DNA of 52,587 nt from Candidatus Nanoarchaeia archaeon (GCA_048618745.1 JBMCCQ010000001.1:1-52587); one strand, 5' to 3'; positions 15,761-25,400 are shown, counted from the stretch's first letter. Numbers and translations: made by a program. The notes: generated from the sequence alone by a model not told the origin.

Positions 15761-16189
15761 ATGGAATCAGTCTTTTCAAAATCATGGAAAAAATCGGGCA
15801 AAGCAGAGAAACAGCGAAAATATGTGTATAATGCACCCTATCATATAAGAGGTAAGCTGATGCAAAGCCCTCTTTCAAAAGAGCTTCGCAAAAAGTATAA
15901 CAAACGCAGTGTAAGGGTAAAAACAGGTGACAAGGTAAAAATACTTCGTGGCCAGTTTAAGGGTAAAGAAGGCAAAATTGAAAGTGTTGACCTTGGCAAA
16001 TACAGGGTATATGTTGAAAAAATTGAGCTTATAAAAAAGGACGGAACTAAAACACCTTATCCGATTCATCCATCAAATGTAATGTTGACTGATTTGGACC
16101 AGGATGATAAAAAAAGATTCAAAAAATTAACTCAGCAGTCAAAAACTACAAAATCAAAAGAACAGGAAGGCGAGGTAAAAAATGAGTAA
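15761..16189 (+). CDS. rpl24: 50S ribosomal protein L24 (uL24) with a short Lys-rich C-terminal tail
   Basis: KOW motif VKTGDKVKILRGQFKGKEGKIESV. Conserved position. Confidence 0.9.
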   Translation: MESVFSKSWKKSGKAEKQRKYVYNAPYHIRGKLMQSPLSKELRKKYNKRSVRVKTGDKVKILRGQFKGKEGKIESVDLGKYRVYVEKIELIKKDGTKTPYPIHPSNVMLTDLDQDDKKRFKKLTQQSKTTKSKEQEGEVKNE

Positions 16190-16886
16190 AAGCCACCTAA
16201 AAAGAATCAATGTTCCACGTACATGGGACGTAAAAAGAAAAGATAATGTATTTATCACCCGCCCTAAACCTGCAGGTCATAAACTTAAATTTTCACTTCC
16301 GTTGATTGTGGTCTTCAGGGATATGCTTGGGAAAGTAAAAACAACCAAAGAGCTTGAGTTTGTACTTAATAACAAAGAGGTCTACCTTAATGGCAAAAAG
16401 GCTTATTCCCCTAAACAGGCTGTTGGCTTAATGGATGTAATAAGGCTTCCTGAAATTAAGGAGTACTATAGGATTGTTATTAATAATGCCGGTGTGCTTG
16501 GTTACGTCCAGATTGATGAGAAAGAATCCACAAAACTACCAATTTTGTTAAAAAATAAGACTAAGCTAAAATCAGGAAAGATCCAGCTAAATTTTACTAA
16601 TGGGTATTGTATGCTGGTTGATAAAGATAATTACAAGACAGGAGATATGTTGATTTATGATTTCCTGCAGAAAAAAATAATTGATCATATCACCCTCGAG
16701 AAGGGGGCGGCGGTTTATTTTACAAGTGGAAAAAATATCGGCGAAACCGCTACACTTGAAGAGATTAACGATACTTCGCTTATATGCAAAAAAGACGATA
16801 AAACTTTTGAAATCGACAGGAGATCCGCTAAAGACTATCTGTTTTTAATAGGTAAGGAGGCTCCTGCAATCAAATTGGCTGATTAA
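16182..16886 (+). CDS. rps4e: 30S ribosomal protein S4e (eS4)
   Basis: SKSHLKRINVPRTWDVKRKDNVFITRPKPAGHK is a typical eS4 N-terminus. Conserved position. Confidence 0.92.
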   Translation: MSKSHLKRINVPRTWDVKRKDNVFITRPKPAGHKLKFSLPLIVVFRDMLGKVKTTKELEFVLNNKEVYLNGKKAYSPKQAVGLMDVIRLPEIKEYYRIVINNAGVLGYVQIDEKESTKLPILLKNKTKLKSGKIQLNFTNGYCMLVDKDNYKTGDMLIYDFLQKKIIDHITLEKGAAVYFTSGKNIGETATLEEINDTSLICKKDDKTFEIDRRSAKDYLFLIGKEAPAIKLAD

Positions 16887-16887
16887 A

Positions 16888-17400
16888 ATGGGAAACACAA
16901 TGATGGACATAAACATTGAAAAACTGACCCTGAATGTTGGGGCAGGCAAGGATCATGATAAGCTTGAAAAAGGCGTTAAGCTTATTGAATATCTGACCGG
17001 CATAACCCCTGTTAAAACCAAATCTAACAAAAGGATCCCTGGCTGGGGAGTAAGGCCGGGCCTTCCTATAGGATGCAAGGTGACTATCAGGGGCGAAAAG
17101 AAGAAGGAATTAATCAAGAAATTTGTTGAAGCAAAAGATAACTTGCTTAAGCCTAGTCAGTTTGACAATAACGGAAATGTTTCCTTTGGTGTGCATGAGT
17201 ACATTAATATTCCTGGTATAAAATATCATCCGGAAATTGGTATTATGGGCTTCCAGATTGCAATCACTCTTTCAAAACCCGGTAAAAGGGTTGCAAACAG
17301 AAGGCTGGGCAAAAGAAAAGTCCCAATGAGGCAAAGGGTTTCAAGGGAGGAAGCAATAGATTTCATGAAAAAGGAATTTAACGTGGAGCTTGATGAATAA
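16888..17400 (+). CDS. rpl5: 50S ribosomal protein L5 (uL5)
   Basis: KLTLNVGAG...[21 protein letters not shown]...[11 protein letters not shown] is a uL5 signature. Confidence 0.93.
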   Translation: MGNTMMDINIEKLTLNVGAGKDHDKLEKGVKLIEYLTGITPVKTKSNKRIPGWGVRPGLPIGCKVTIRGEKKKELIKKFVEAKDNLLKPSQFDNNGNVSFGVHEYINIPGIKYHPEIGIMGFQIAITLSKPGKRVANRRLGKRKVPMRQRVSREEAIDFMKKEFNVELDE

Positions 17401-17630
17401 TGACATATAGCGATTATAAAAAGGAATTTAAGGCTTTAAAGGCTAAGCCGCATAAGCTTGGGAAATATAAGAAGCATAATGCTCCTAAGGAGAGAAGAAC
17501 GGGTGTTGCACTAAAACGTTGCAGACGTTGCGGCAGAATAAGAGGGCATATCAACAAATATGGCCTTCATTACTGCAGGCAGTGTTTCAGGGAAATTGCA
17601 ACTAGTCTGGGGTTTAAGAAATATTATTAA
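17400..17630 (+). CDS. rps14: 30S ribosomal protein S14 (uS14, zinc-binding type)
   Basis: CRRCGR...YCRQCFRE is a CxxC...CxxC zinc module. ATGA overlap with L5. At 76 aa it is somewhat longer than I would expect for archaeal uS14. Confidence 0.88.
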   Translation: MTYSDYKKEFKALKAKPHKLGKYKKHNAPKERRTGVALKRCRRCGRIRGHINKYGLHYCRQCFREIATSLGFKKYY

Positions 17631-17641
17631 GGTGTGAAATA

Positions 17642-18034
17642 ATGACAATGAATAATCCACTTGCAGCAGTTTTATCACATATACTTAATTGTGAAAGAGT
17701 CGGTAAGAGCGAAGCAACAGTAAGGCCTGCTTCCAATATGATAAAAGGTGTCCTTGACATCCTCCAGGATGAGCAGATGATAGGGGAGGCCGAACTCATA
17801 GAAGACGGCAGAGGCGACATGTTGAAAGTAAACCTGCTTGGCCATATTAACAAATGTGGGGTAATTACTCCAAGGTTTGCAGTAAGAAAGGACAATTTTG
17901 AAAAATATGAAAAGAAATATCTTCCTTCGAGGGATTTTGGAGTTATCATTGTTCTAACTTCACAGGGCATGATGACACACAGAAAAGCTAAAGAAAAAGG
18001 TATAGGAGGTAGGCTGCTTGCCTATTGTTATTAA
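17642..18034 (+). CDS. rps8: 30S ribosomal protein S8 (uS8)
   Basis: NPLAAVLSHILNCERVGKSEATVRPASN...VLTSQGMMTHRKAKEKGIGGRLLAYCY is a uS8 signature. Confidence 0.93.
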   Translation: MTMNNPLAAVLSHILNCERVGKSEATVRPASNMIKGVLDILQDEQMIGEAELIEDGRGDMLKVNLLGHINKCGVITPRFAVRKDNFEKYEKKYLPSRDFGVIIVLTSQGMMTHRKAKEKGIGGRLLAYCY

Positions 18035-18036
18035 AA

Positions 18037-18585
18037 ATGCTTATCAGCAATTACCGCGAAGAAATGGAAGTGCCGGAAGGCGTAACCGTTGAAAAACAGG
18101 GAAGAGACCTGATTGCAAAGGGGCCTAAAGGAGAAGTAAGAAGACAATTATACTCTCCAAGGGTTGACTTAACGGTGGAAAACAACAAGGTAGTGCTGTC
18201 AACTGCTGCAATGAGAAAGAGAGAAAAAGCAATTATAGGCACATACAGGGCACATGTAAAAAATATGTTAAGGGGAGTAACTGAAGGCCATATATACAAA
18301 TTGAAAATATGTTCAGGGCATTTTCCGGTGAATGTTTCATTTTCAAATAATGTACTGACTGTAAAAAACTTTATAGGGGAAAAGGTTCCAAGGACACTTT
18401 CTGTTAGTTCCGAGGTGTCTGTAAAAGTTGATGGAGATATGATTACTGTAGAATCCCCGAACAAGGAGGCTGCTGGCCAGACTGCAGGGTCAATTGAAAA
18501 ATTAACCAGAAGAGTCAATTTTGATAAAAGAATATTCCAGGACGGCATATATATTATTGAAAAAGACGGCAAACCAATTGAGTGA
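18037..18585 (+). CDS. rpl6: 50S ribosomal protein L6 (uL6)
   Basis: Two-domain uL6 pattern (VPEGVTVEKQGRDLIAKGPKGE...). The ATG at 18037 follows the S8 stop; the ORF-track start at 18025 is a TTG. Confidence 0.92.
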   Translation: MLISNYREEMEVPEGVTVEKQGRDLIAKGPKGEVRRQLYSPRVDLTVENNKVVLSTAAMRKREKAIIGTYRAHVKNMLRGVTEGHIYKLKICSGHFPVNVSFSNNVLTVKNFIGEKVPRTLSVSSEVSVKVDGDMITVESPNKEAAGQTAGSIEKLTRRVNFDKRIFQDGIYIIEKDGKPIE

Positions 18586-18590
18586 TTATA

Positions 18591-19253
18591 ATGGATGAGA
18601 TAAAAAAACTGCTTGAAGCAAGGAAGATTCAAAAGGCCAAAAAGCCTGCGTTTATCAGGCAGGATGCCCATAAAAAACCCAAATTAAAAGAAAACTGGAG
18701 ACGGCCCAAAGGCTCAGACAGTAAAATGAGGCTTTCTAAGAGGGGCTATTCGAAGACTGTCAAAGTGGGTTACAGGTCGCCTGTATTGGTAAGGGGATTG
18801 ACAAGAGAGGGCTTAATGCCTGTAAGGGTTTTCAGAAAAGATGATATCACTTCACTTGACCCGAAAAAAGAATGTCTTATCCTGGCTTCAGGCATAGGTC
18901 TTAAAAAAAAGATTGAAATGCTTGAAACAGCACTTGAAAAGGGCTTTGCCGTTTTAAACTATAAGGACTTAAAACAAGAGCTTGATTCGTTAAAGGAGCA
19001 GGTTGAGAAAAAGAAAAAAGAAAAGCAAAAGGCAGCCGAAGTCAAAAAAGAAAAAGAAAAACAAAAAGAAGAAGAAAGCAGGAAAAAGGAAGAGGAAGAG
19101 AAAAAAGAGAAAGAATCTGAAGAGCAAGCTTCAAAAGAATCAGAAGATGCTCCAAAAGAAGAAAAGTCCCTCGATGAGATAACAGACGAAGAAGAAAAGA
19201 AAAAGCAGGAAGAGAAAAAAGAAAAAGACAAGGTGCTTACAAAAAAATCATAG
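18591..19253 (+). CDS. rpl32e: 50S ribosomal protein L32e (eL32) with a C-terminal Lys/Glu-rich tail of about 95 aa
   Basis: The core KPAFIRQDAHKKPKLKENWRRPKGSDSKMR is eL32. The tail KKKKEKQKAAEVKKEKEKQKEEESRKKEEEEKKEKE... is low complexity. Confidence 0.9.
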   Translation: MDEIKKLLEARKIQKAKKPAFIRQDAHKKPKLKENWRRPKGSDSKMRLSKRGYSKTVKVGYRSPVLVRGLTREGLMPVRVFRKDDITSLDPKKECLILASGIGLKKKIEMLETALEKGFAVLNYKDLKQELDSLKEQVEKKKKEKQKAAEVKKEKEKQKEEESRKKEEEEKKEKESEEQASKESEDAPKEEKSLDEITDEEEKKKQEEKKEKDKVLTKKS

Positions 19254-19262
19254 GTATTGAAA

Positions 19263-19733
19263 ATGAAAGGTCTTAATGTTCAAAAAAGGATTGCATCATC
19301 CATCCTCAAGGGCTCCTCAAAAAGGGTTAAATTCAGCCCTGAGCGCCTTGAAGCAATAAAAGAAGCTATAACTCGTGCAGACATAAAATCACTTATTTCC
19401 GGCGGCTCAATTGCCCTTAATAAAAAGAAAGGGGTTTCAAGGGCCAGAGCTAATATTATTCAAAAGAAAAAAAGCAAAGGCCAAAAAAAAGGTCAGGGTA
19501 GTAGGAAAGGAAAAGCTACAGCGAGACTTCCAAGAAAGGAGACCTGGATGAGTAAAATTAGGACACAAAGAGGCTTTATTAAAGAATTAAAAGACAAGGG
19601 CTTAATTGAGAACAGGACTTACAGGGATTTATACAAAAAATCCAAAGGCGGGTTTTTCAGGAGTAAAAGGCACATAAAGCTTTATCTAAATGAGCATAAA
19701 TTATTTTTGGAAAAAGAAAAGCAGGATAGGTAA
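19263..19733 (+). CDS. rpl19e: 50S ribosomal protein L19e (eL19)
   Basis: MKGLNVQKRIASSILKGSSKRVKF...KGVSRARA is an eL19 signature. The ATG at 19263 is preferred over the TTG at 19257. Confidence 0.92.
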   Translation: MKGLNVQKRIASSILKGSSKRVKFSPERLEAIKEAITRADIKSLISGGSIALNKKKGVSRARANIIQKKKSKGQKKGQGSRKGKATARLPRKETWMSKIRTQRGFIKELKDKGLIENRTYRDLYKKSKGGFFRSKRHIKLYLNEHKLFLEKEKQDR

Positions 19734-19735
19734 AA

Positions 19736-20323
19736 ATGGGCAAAAAATCAACAAGGGCTGTAGGATACAGCAGAAAGAGACAGGGAAAAACAGATTACAA
19801 ATTGAGACTTACTTATCTTAAATCCCAAAAACCCAGGCTGGTAATAAGAATAACCGGAAATTATATTATCGCTCATGTTGTGGAATATAATCCAGACGGC
19901 GATATGACAAAATTAATGATAAATTCCAAAAAGCTGTCAGAATATGGCTGGAAGTATTCGTTTGATAACCTACCTGCCGCATATCTTACAGGTCTTGCAG
20001 CAGCAAAGGAAGCGCAAAGGCAGGGAGTTCATGAAGCAGTAGCTGACTTGGGTATGCAGGCAAAAATTCATGGCAGCCGCCTTTTTGCTGTTATTAAGGG
20101 GGCAATAGATGCGGGGTTAAAGGTGCCGTATAGTGAGAATTGTTTTCCTCCTGATGAAAGAATAAGGGGGGAGCATATTCAAAAGTTTGCCCAGTCAATA
20201 AAAAACGACAACGAAAAATATCAAAAGCAATTTTCATCTTATCTGAAAAACAATCAGGATCCAGAAAAGATACCTGAAATCTTTGATAATATCAAACAAA
20301 AAATAATTGCTGCGGAGAAATAA
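19736..20323 (+). CDS. rpl18: 50S ribosomal protein L18 (uL18)
   Basis: RKRQGKTDYKLRLTYLKSQKPRLVIRITGNYIIAHV is the archaeal uL18/eukaryotic L5 signature. Confidence 0.92.
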   Translation: MGKKSTRAVGYSRKRQGKTDYKLRLTYLKSQKPRLVIRITGNYIIAHVVEYNPDGDMTKLMINSKKLSEYGWKYSFDNLPAAYLTGLAAAKEAQRQGVHEAVADLGMQAKIHGSRLFAVIKGAIDAGLKVPYSENCFPPDERIRGEHIQKFAQSIKNDNEKYQKQFSSYLKNNQDPEKIPEIFDNIKQKIIAAEK

Positions 20324-20324
20324 A

Positions 20325-21227
20325 ATGGCAGAAGAAACGAAAAATGAAATGGCAGAAGCCCTGCCGGAAGAAACTGATCAAAATAGTTCCACGAGTCCTG
20401 AGGAAGCGGTTTCCGACTCTTCAGAAGAGGCTTATGATGAAGAAGAAGCAGTTGTGGAGGAAACTGGAGAAGTAGCTGAAGTTGAGGATGTAGAGGACAA
20501 GACCTCCGCTAAGGCAGGAGGGGTTGATAATCAATGGCATCCCAAGACAGAAACAGGCAGAAAAGTAAAAAATGCAGAGATAACAAGTATTGATGAAATC
20601 CTGGACAAGGGTATCAAAATACTTGAGCCTGAGATAGTTACTGCTCTTCTACCCAACCTTGAAGTTGAGCTTCTTGCAATCGGCCAGTCCAAAGGAAAGT
20701 TTGGCGGGGGTCAAAGGAGAGTATTCCGCCAGACACAGAAAAAGACAAGGGAAGGCAACAAGCCAAAGTTTTCAGCCTTTGCAGTCTGTGGGAATTATGA
20801 TGGTTATGTAGGATATGGTTTTGGTAAAACCAAAGAAACTGTCCCTGCACGTGAAAAAGCATTCAGAAACTGTAAATTAAACGTATTCAGAATAAGAAGA
20901 GGCTGTAGTTCATGGGAATGTACCTGTGGCAACCCGCACACTATCCCTTTCAGAGTTTCAGGCAAATGCGGCTCAGTGGAAGTCACCTTTATTCCTGCCC
21001 CTAAAGGTACTGGCTTATGTGTTGAAAAAGAAACTGCCAAAATACTCAAGCTTGCAGGCATTAAAGATGTGTGGTCTAAAACAAGGGGTAAAACCAACAC
21101 AAAAGTGAACCATATAAAAGCCTGCCTTGAAGCACTAAAAAAATTAACAAGCACAAAAATCAGGGCAAAAGATGCTGAGAACCTCAAAATTTCCGAAGGA
21201 AAGGCAAAAATGCAACTGGAGAATTAA
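20325..21227 (+). CDS. rps5: 30S ribosomal protein S5 (uS5) with an acidic N-terminal extension of about 60-75 aa
   Basis: The core (EVELLAIGQSKGKFGGGQRRVFRQTQKKTREG...VGYGFGK...) is uS5. The N-terminus EETDQNSSTSPEEAVSDSSEEAYDEEEAVVEETGEVAEVEDVED is acidic and low complexity. Confidence 0.9.
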   Translation: MAEETKNEMAEALPEETDQNSSTSPEEAVSDSSEEAYDEEEAVVEETGEVAEVEDVEDKTSAKAGGVDNQWHPKTETGRKVKNAEITSIDEILDKGIKILEPEIVTALLPNLEVELLAIGQSKGKFGGGQRRVFRQTQKKTREGNKPKFSAFAVCGNYDGYVGYGFGKTKETVPAREKAFRNCKLNVFRIRRGCSSWECTCGNPHTIPFRVSGKCGSVEVTFIPAPKGTGLCVEKETAKILKLAGIKDVWSKTRGKTNTKVNHIKACLEALKKLTSTKIRAKDAENLKISEGKAKMQLEN

Positions 21228-21229
21228 AG

Positions 21230-21616
21230 ATGACAGCAAAAAATAATGAAAAAATTGCAATCATACTTATAAGAGGGCTTGTGAAAATCAGGTATGACAT
21301 AAAAGATACTCTTAAAATGCTTGGTCTTCACAGGAAATTTGCATGTACTATAAGACCAAAAACACCTGAATTAATGGGCATGCTCAGAAAAGTAAAGGAT
21401 TATGTGACATGGGGGCCTATTGATGAAGAAACCCACAAGGAGCTTGTTGATAAAAGAGGTCTGAAAAATTCTTCAGGAGAATTAAAAAAGTTTTTCAGGC
21501 TGCATCCCCCTAAAGGCGGGTTTGAAAAAAAGGGGACAAAAAGAAGCTATTCAGAAAAAGGTGCTCTTGGTAACAGGGGTAAAGACATAAATAACCTGAT
21601 TAAAAGGATGATTTAA
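21230..21616 (+). CDS. rpl30: 50S ribosomal protein L30 (uL30)
   Basis: IAIILIRGLVKIRYDIKDTLKMLGLHRKFACTI is a uL30 signature. Conserved position. Confidence 0.9.
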   Translation: MTAKNNEKIAIILIRGLVKIRYDIKDTLKMLGLHRKFACTIRPKTPELMGMLRKVKDYVTWGPIDEETHKELVDKRGLKNSSGELKKFFRLHPPKGGFEKKGTKRSYSEKGALGNRGKDINNLIKRMI

Positions 21617-22081
21617 ATGCTTACAAAAAGGAAGAAAAACACCAGGCAGAGAGGATATACTACCCATGGCTGGGGTAACAGGAAAAAGCACCGGGGTGCA
21701 GGCAACCGTGGCGGAAGAGGTATGGCTGGCACAGGTAAAAGAGGGAAAACAAGAAAACAACAAATTTTGGGTATTAAGAACTATTTTGGAAAACACGGCT
21801 TTAAAACCAAAAGAAGGACCTTTATCACCTCAACAAACATCCAGTATCTTGAAGATAAAGCCCAGTATCTTTTGAATAATAATATGGCAAAAGAAGAAAA
21901 TGGGTTCTTTGTTATAGACCTTGGTGACATAGGTGTTGATAAGCTTCTCTCTAAAGGAGAGCCTAAGCGTAAGTATAAGATTACTTGTTTTACTGCGAGC
22001 AAAGGAGCAGTTGATGCGGTAAAAAAAGCAGGTGGGGAAGTTACATTCAGTAATGTCGAAAGCATGGATGGCAAGGAATAA
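21617..22081 (+). CDS. rpl15: 50S ribosomal protein L15 (uL15)
   Basis: GYTTHGWGNRKKHRGAGNRGGRGMAGTGKRG is the uL15 glycine-rich N-terminus. Confidence 0.92.
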   Translation: MLTKRKKNTRQRGYTTHGWGNRKKHRGAGNRGGRGMAGTGKRGKTRKQQILGIKNYFGKHGFKTKRRTFITSTNIQYLEDKAQYLLNNNMAKEENGFFVIDLGDIGVDKLLSKGEPKRKYKITCFTASKGAVDAVKKAGGEVTFSNVESMDGKE

Positions 22082-22117
22082 AATATAAATATCCCTCGTT
22101 AACTATGTGGAGCAAAA

Positions 22118-23512
22118 ATGTCTTTGTATAAAAAACTAATAATGAATCTTCCGGAGGTATCCGGGCCTACGCAAAAAAAACTTCCTTTTAAAGAGAAGGG
22201 GAAATGGACAGTAATAATGCTTGTTGCATTTTTTGTTCTTGGCCTTGTTCCTCTCTATGGTCTGGGAGAATCATTTTTTAAACAGTTTGAGTCCTTGCAG
22301 ATAATCCTTGCTTCTTCTTTTGGAAGCATTATCTCTTTAGGTATTGGACCTATTGTTACAGGCTCAATTGTTCTGCAGCTTCTTAACGGCTCTGGATTAT
22401 TAAAGTTTGATACCTCAACGCCTGAAGGAAAAAGGGTTTACCAGGGCACACAAAAACTGATGTCACTTTCTTTTGTTATATTTGAGGCTGCAATTTATGT
22501 TTTTATGGGGGGTCTTGCACCTGACCAGGCATTACAGGGCACTTCTGCATATTTTAGTTTTCAATTACTGTTAATAGGACAGCTTATTTTGGGAGGTATT
22601 TTAATTGTTTTTATGGACGAAGTTGTCTCCAAATGGGGCATTGGCTCAGGTATATCTCTTTTTATTGCAGGAGGTGTTTCTAAGGAGATTATTTGGAAAG
22701 CTTTTTCACCTTTAAAAGGAGAAAGCGAATTTACTGTTGGCGCTGTATGGAGGTTCTTTCAGGGAGTGATGGTGTCTGAGCTTGGAATTTCTATGCAGGC
22801 GCTTGCTCTGATTGCATCAACCGGCTTAGTATTCGCAATGGCAGTCTACATGCAGGCAATGAAGGTTGAAATCCCACTCTCATTTGGAAGGGTGAGGGGA
22901 CACGGGATTAGGTGGCCTCTAAATTTCCTCTATACAAGCAACATTCCAGTTATTCTTGTTGCAGCATTATTTGCGAATTTTCAGCTATGGGCACAGCTTA
23001 TGAAAAACAGGGGTATTAACTTTTTAGGCGACCCCCAAAGCAATACAGGTTTTATCTCTTATCTTCAGCCTCCCGGGGGAACTGGCGGTCTTCTTGGAGA
23101 AATGATTAAGCAGGGTGGTCTTGCAATTGATTCTACCTTGTATCTTCAGGCTTTTGTTTATTTAATAGCCATGATTATTGGTTGTGTTATATTTTCATAT
23201 TTTTGGGTGCAGACTGCAGGAATGGATGCCAAATCCCAGGCCAAGAAAATGATGTCTTCAGGCTTGCAAATTCCTGGCTTTAGAAGAGACCAGAGAGTAC
23301 TTGAAAGGCTTCTTGAAAGATACATTGGTCCTTTAACAATAATGGGGGGTATTTCAATAGGAATTCTGGCAGCAGCTGCAGATATCCTTGGCGCACTTTC
23401 AAGGGGAACAGGAATACTTTTGGCAGTGATGATTATCTATAGGTTATATGAAGAAATTGCGCGTGACCATATGATGGATATGCATCCTGCCCTTCGTAAA
23501 TTCATGGAATGA
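22118..23512 (+). CDS. secY: Preprotein translocase subunit SecY
   Basis: 464 aa, multi-pass membrane protein in the canonical position after L15. Motifs GIGPIVTGSIVLQLL and LSFGRVRGHGIRWPLNFLYTSNIPVIL. Confidence 0.93.
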   Translation: MSLYKKLIMNLPEVSGPTQKKLPFKEKGKWTVIMLVAFFVLGLVPLYGLGESFFKQFESLQIILASSFGSIISLGIGPIVTGSIVLQLLNGSGLLKFDTSTPEGKRVYQGTQKLMSLSFVIFEAAIYVFMGGLAPDQALQGTSAYFSFQLLLIGQLILGGILIVFMDEVVSKWGIGSGISLFIAGGVSKEIIWKAFSPLKGESEFTVGAVWRFFQGVMVSELGISMQALALIASTGLVFAMAVYMQAMKVEIPLSFGRVRGHGIRWPLNFLYTSNIPVILVAALFANFQLWAQLMKNRGINFLGDPQSNTGFISYLQPPGGTGGLLGEMIKQGGLAIDSTLYLQAFVYLIAMIIGCVIFSYFWVQTAGMDAKSQAKKMMSSGLQIPGFRRDQRVLERLLERYIGPLTIMGGISIGILAAAADILGALSRGTGILLAVMIIYRLYEEIARDHMMDMHPALRKFME

Positions 23513-23517
23513 TTTAA

Positions 23518-24321
23518 ATGGTATTAAATGCTATACTTGACCCGATTTTTTCTCCACTTCTATATCTTGATCCATTGCTTGCTATTGTAATAATATCTTT
23601 TGTAATTTCTTTAGGGATAACTTTTGCCTACAAAAAGCTAACCAACCAGAGCTTAATGAGGGACTTAAAGTCAGAGATAAAAGAATTTCAAAAGGAAATG
23701 AAAACTTTAAAAGATAAGCCGGACGAAATGATGAAAGTCCAGAAAAAGGCAATGGAGACTAACACCAAGTATATGATGCATTCCCTTAAGCCAACTCTGT
23801 TTACTTTTCTTCCTATAATAATTATCTTCAGCTGGCTTCATGCCCATATGGGATATTTTCCGATTGTTGAGGGTGAGGAGTTCACCTCTACTGTCTTTTT
23901 TGACGAGAATGTTGACGGGAGTATCACAATTAAGCTTCCTAATGGTGTGGAGCTTGTGAAAGGAGACGTTACTGAAGAGATTGCCAATAAAAAGGCCGAG
24001 TGGGTGCTAAAAGCAGACCAAGGAGAGTACAGCCTTAAATATGAATATGAGGGCGAGACCTATGAAAGGGATTTAATTGTAACCTCTACTAAAAGTGACA
24101 GAATGTATGCAAATCCTGAAATAACATCATCAGATTATAATAAACTAAAGGAATCACCTATTGAGTCTCTTCAATTAAGCAACGAAAAAATCAGGCCTCT
24201 TCAGAAAATTCCTCTTGTTGGTTCAATTCCATGGGTAGGGAATTTCGGCTGGCTGGGAACATATATAGTCTTCTCAATAATCTTTAGTATAAGTTTAAGA
24301 AAACTTCTTAAGGTTTATTAG
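23518..24321 (+). CDS. DUF106/EMC3-type membrane insertase (archaeal YidC/Oxa1-like) with an inserted soluble domain of about 125 aa
   Basis: TM1, then a coiled coil (LMRDLKSEIKEFQKEMKTLKDKPDEMMKVQKKAMETNTKYMMHSLKP), then TM. This is the DUF106 pattern usually found near secY in archaea. A beta-rich insertion spans about aa 108-235. Confidence 0.7.
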   Translation: MVLNAILDPIFSPLLYLDPLLAIVIISFVISLGITFAYKKLTNQSLMRDLKSEIKEFQKEMKTLKDKPDEMMKVQKKAMETNTKYMMHSLKPTLFTFLPIIIIFSWLHAHMGYFPIVEGEEFTSTVFFDENVDGSITIKLPNGVELVKGDVTEEIANKKAEWVLKADQGEYSLKYEYEGETYERDLIVTSTKSDRMYANPEITSSDYNKLKESPIESLQLSNEKIRPLQKIPLVGSIPWVGNFGWLGTYIVFSIIFSISLRKLLKVY

Positions 24322-25244
24322 CTGCACAAGAGTCTGAAAAGGCCGGGAGTAAAAAATACTTCTATTATTGCAGCCAATACTATTAAAGCGATTGCTATCA
24401 GTATAAGGTCAGAGCTGTCGTAAATCACATTTGCAAACTTTTTGGTTCCAAAGGTTTTTCTTACAATAGCTACTGAAATTATTGCTCCCGCAAGTCCTGC
24501 AACAAAAAATCCAAGCATTTCAAAAATCCCGTGCGGAAGATACCTCAAAAAATATCCACAGGAAAACACTTTAAAGTATTCTGCGCCTTTTTCAATCCCT
24601 GTAAGGTGAGAGAGGCTTGCGAGATTCGTGCTGATAAAACTTCCGATTGCAGCCCCCAAAACTGAGGCGTTCCATGTTAAAATATAAATTGCACCCAGCC
24701 CGTATATAAGTGAAAACACAATACAAAAGAAAAGAACACTAAGATTGTTTGATAAGATCCCAAGCAGGCTCTGAAGAGAAACAGTTGCCTGCCCGCTAAT
24801 TATGTTCTGGATAACATTGTCCTGTGCTAAAAAAAGTTCATCCCCTATAGCAGTTGGAAGAAACGCCTTAGATAATGAAAACACAATTACCATTCCAATA
24901 AATAGGAATATAAATGTCTCTATGGCTCTGGAATGCTCTTTAAGAAGAATTCTTTCATCATATATACTCTCATCCTTTTTCTCCTCCAGTCTTATTACAT
25001 TGTAAATAAAAGGCATTGCAGCAACTACAGTAAAAAAAACCATTATCATTGATGAGTTTTCCCTATCAACAACAAAGGCAAGCGAAATACCCAATGCGCT
25101 GTAAATCATGCCAATAAAAATTGTAGAGTATGGTCTTTTCTCACTCTTTTTTGCTGAAAACTTTGTGTCAGTATAGATCTTGAGGGCCGCAAGGATAAGT
25201 ATTGCAAGTGCAAAAAGCAAACGGGTAGCTGGCTCTATTGACAT
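24318..25244 (-). CDS. SpoIIM-like (DUF95) integral membrane protein
   Basis: Multi-pass membrane protein with the LPHGIFEMLGFFVAGLAG motif characteristic of the stage II sporulation protein M family. Confidence 0.65.
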   Translation of the reverse strand: MSIEPATRLLFALAILILAALKIYTDTKFSAKKSEKRPYSTIFIGMIYSALGISLAFVVDRENSSMIMVFFTVVAAMPFIYNVIRLEEKKDESIYDERILLKEHSRAIETFIFLFIGMVIVFSLSKAFLPTAIGDELFLAQDNVIQNIISGQATVSLQSLLGILSNNLSVLFFCIVFSLIYGLGAIYILTWNASVLGAAIGSFISTNLASLSHLTGIEKGAEYFKVFSCGYFLRYLPHGIFEMLGFFVAGLAGAIISVAIVRKTFGTKKFANVIYDSSDLILIAIALIVLAAIIEVFFTPGLFRLLCS

Positions 25245-25400
25245 ACATGGATTTTAAAGATATAATTATTTAAATCTTTGCTTTAGCCATCTCCTTTGAA
25301 AACATGAATCTTGTTGTATGTATTTTTTTGGCCTTAAAACAGCGGAGAAGCTCAAAAACTTTATAAATTAATATTTATTCTTGCGGACTAGGTGATAATT

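Noticed and set aside
15151-15801. 216-aa minus-strand ORF
   Set aside because: It lies entirely antisense to the highly conserved S17, L14 and L24 genes. Its composition is an artefact of the opposite coding strand, and no motif was found.
18051-18671. 206-aa minus-strand ORF
   Set aside because: Antisense to L6/L32e. This is a shadow ORF.
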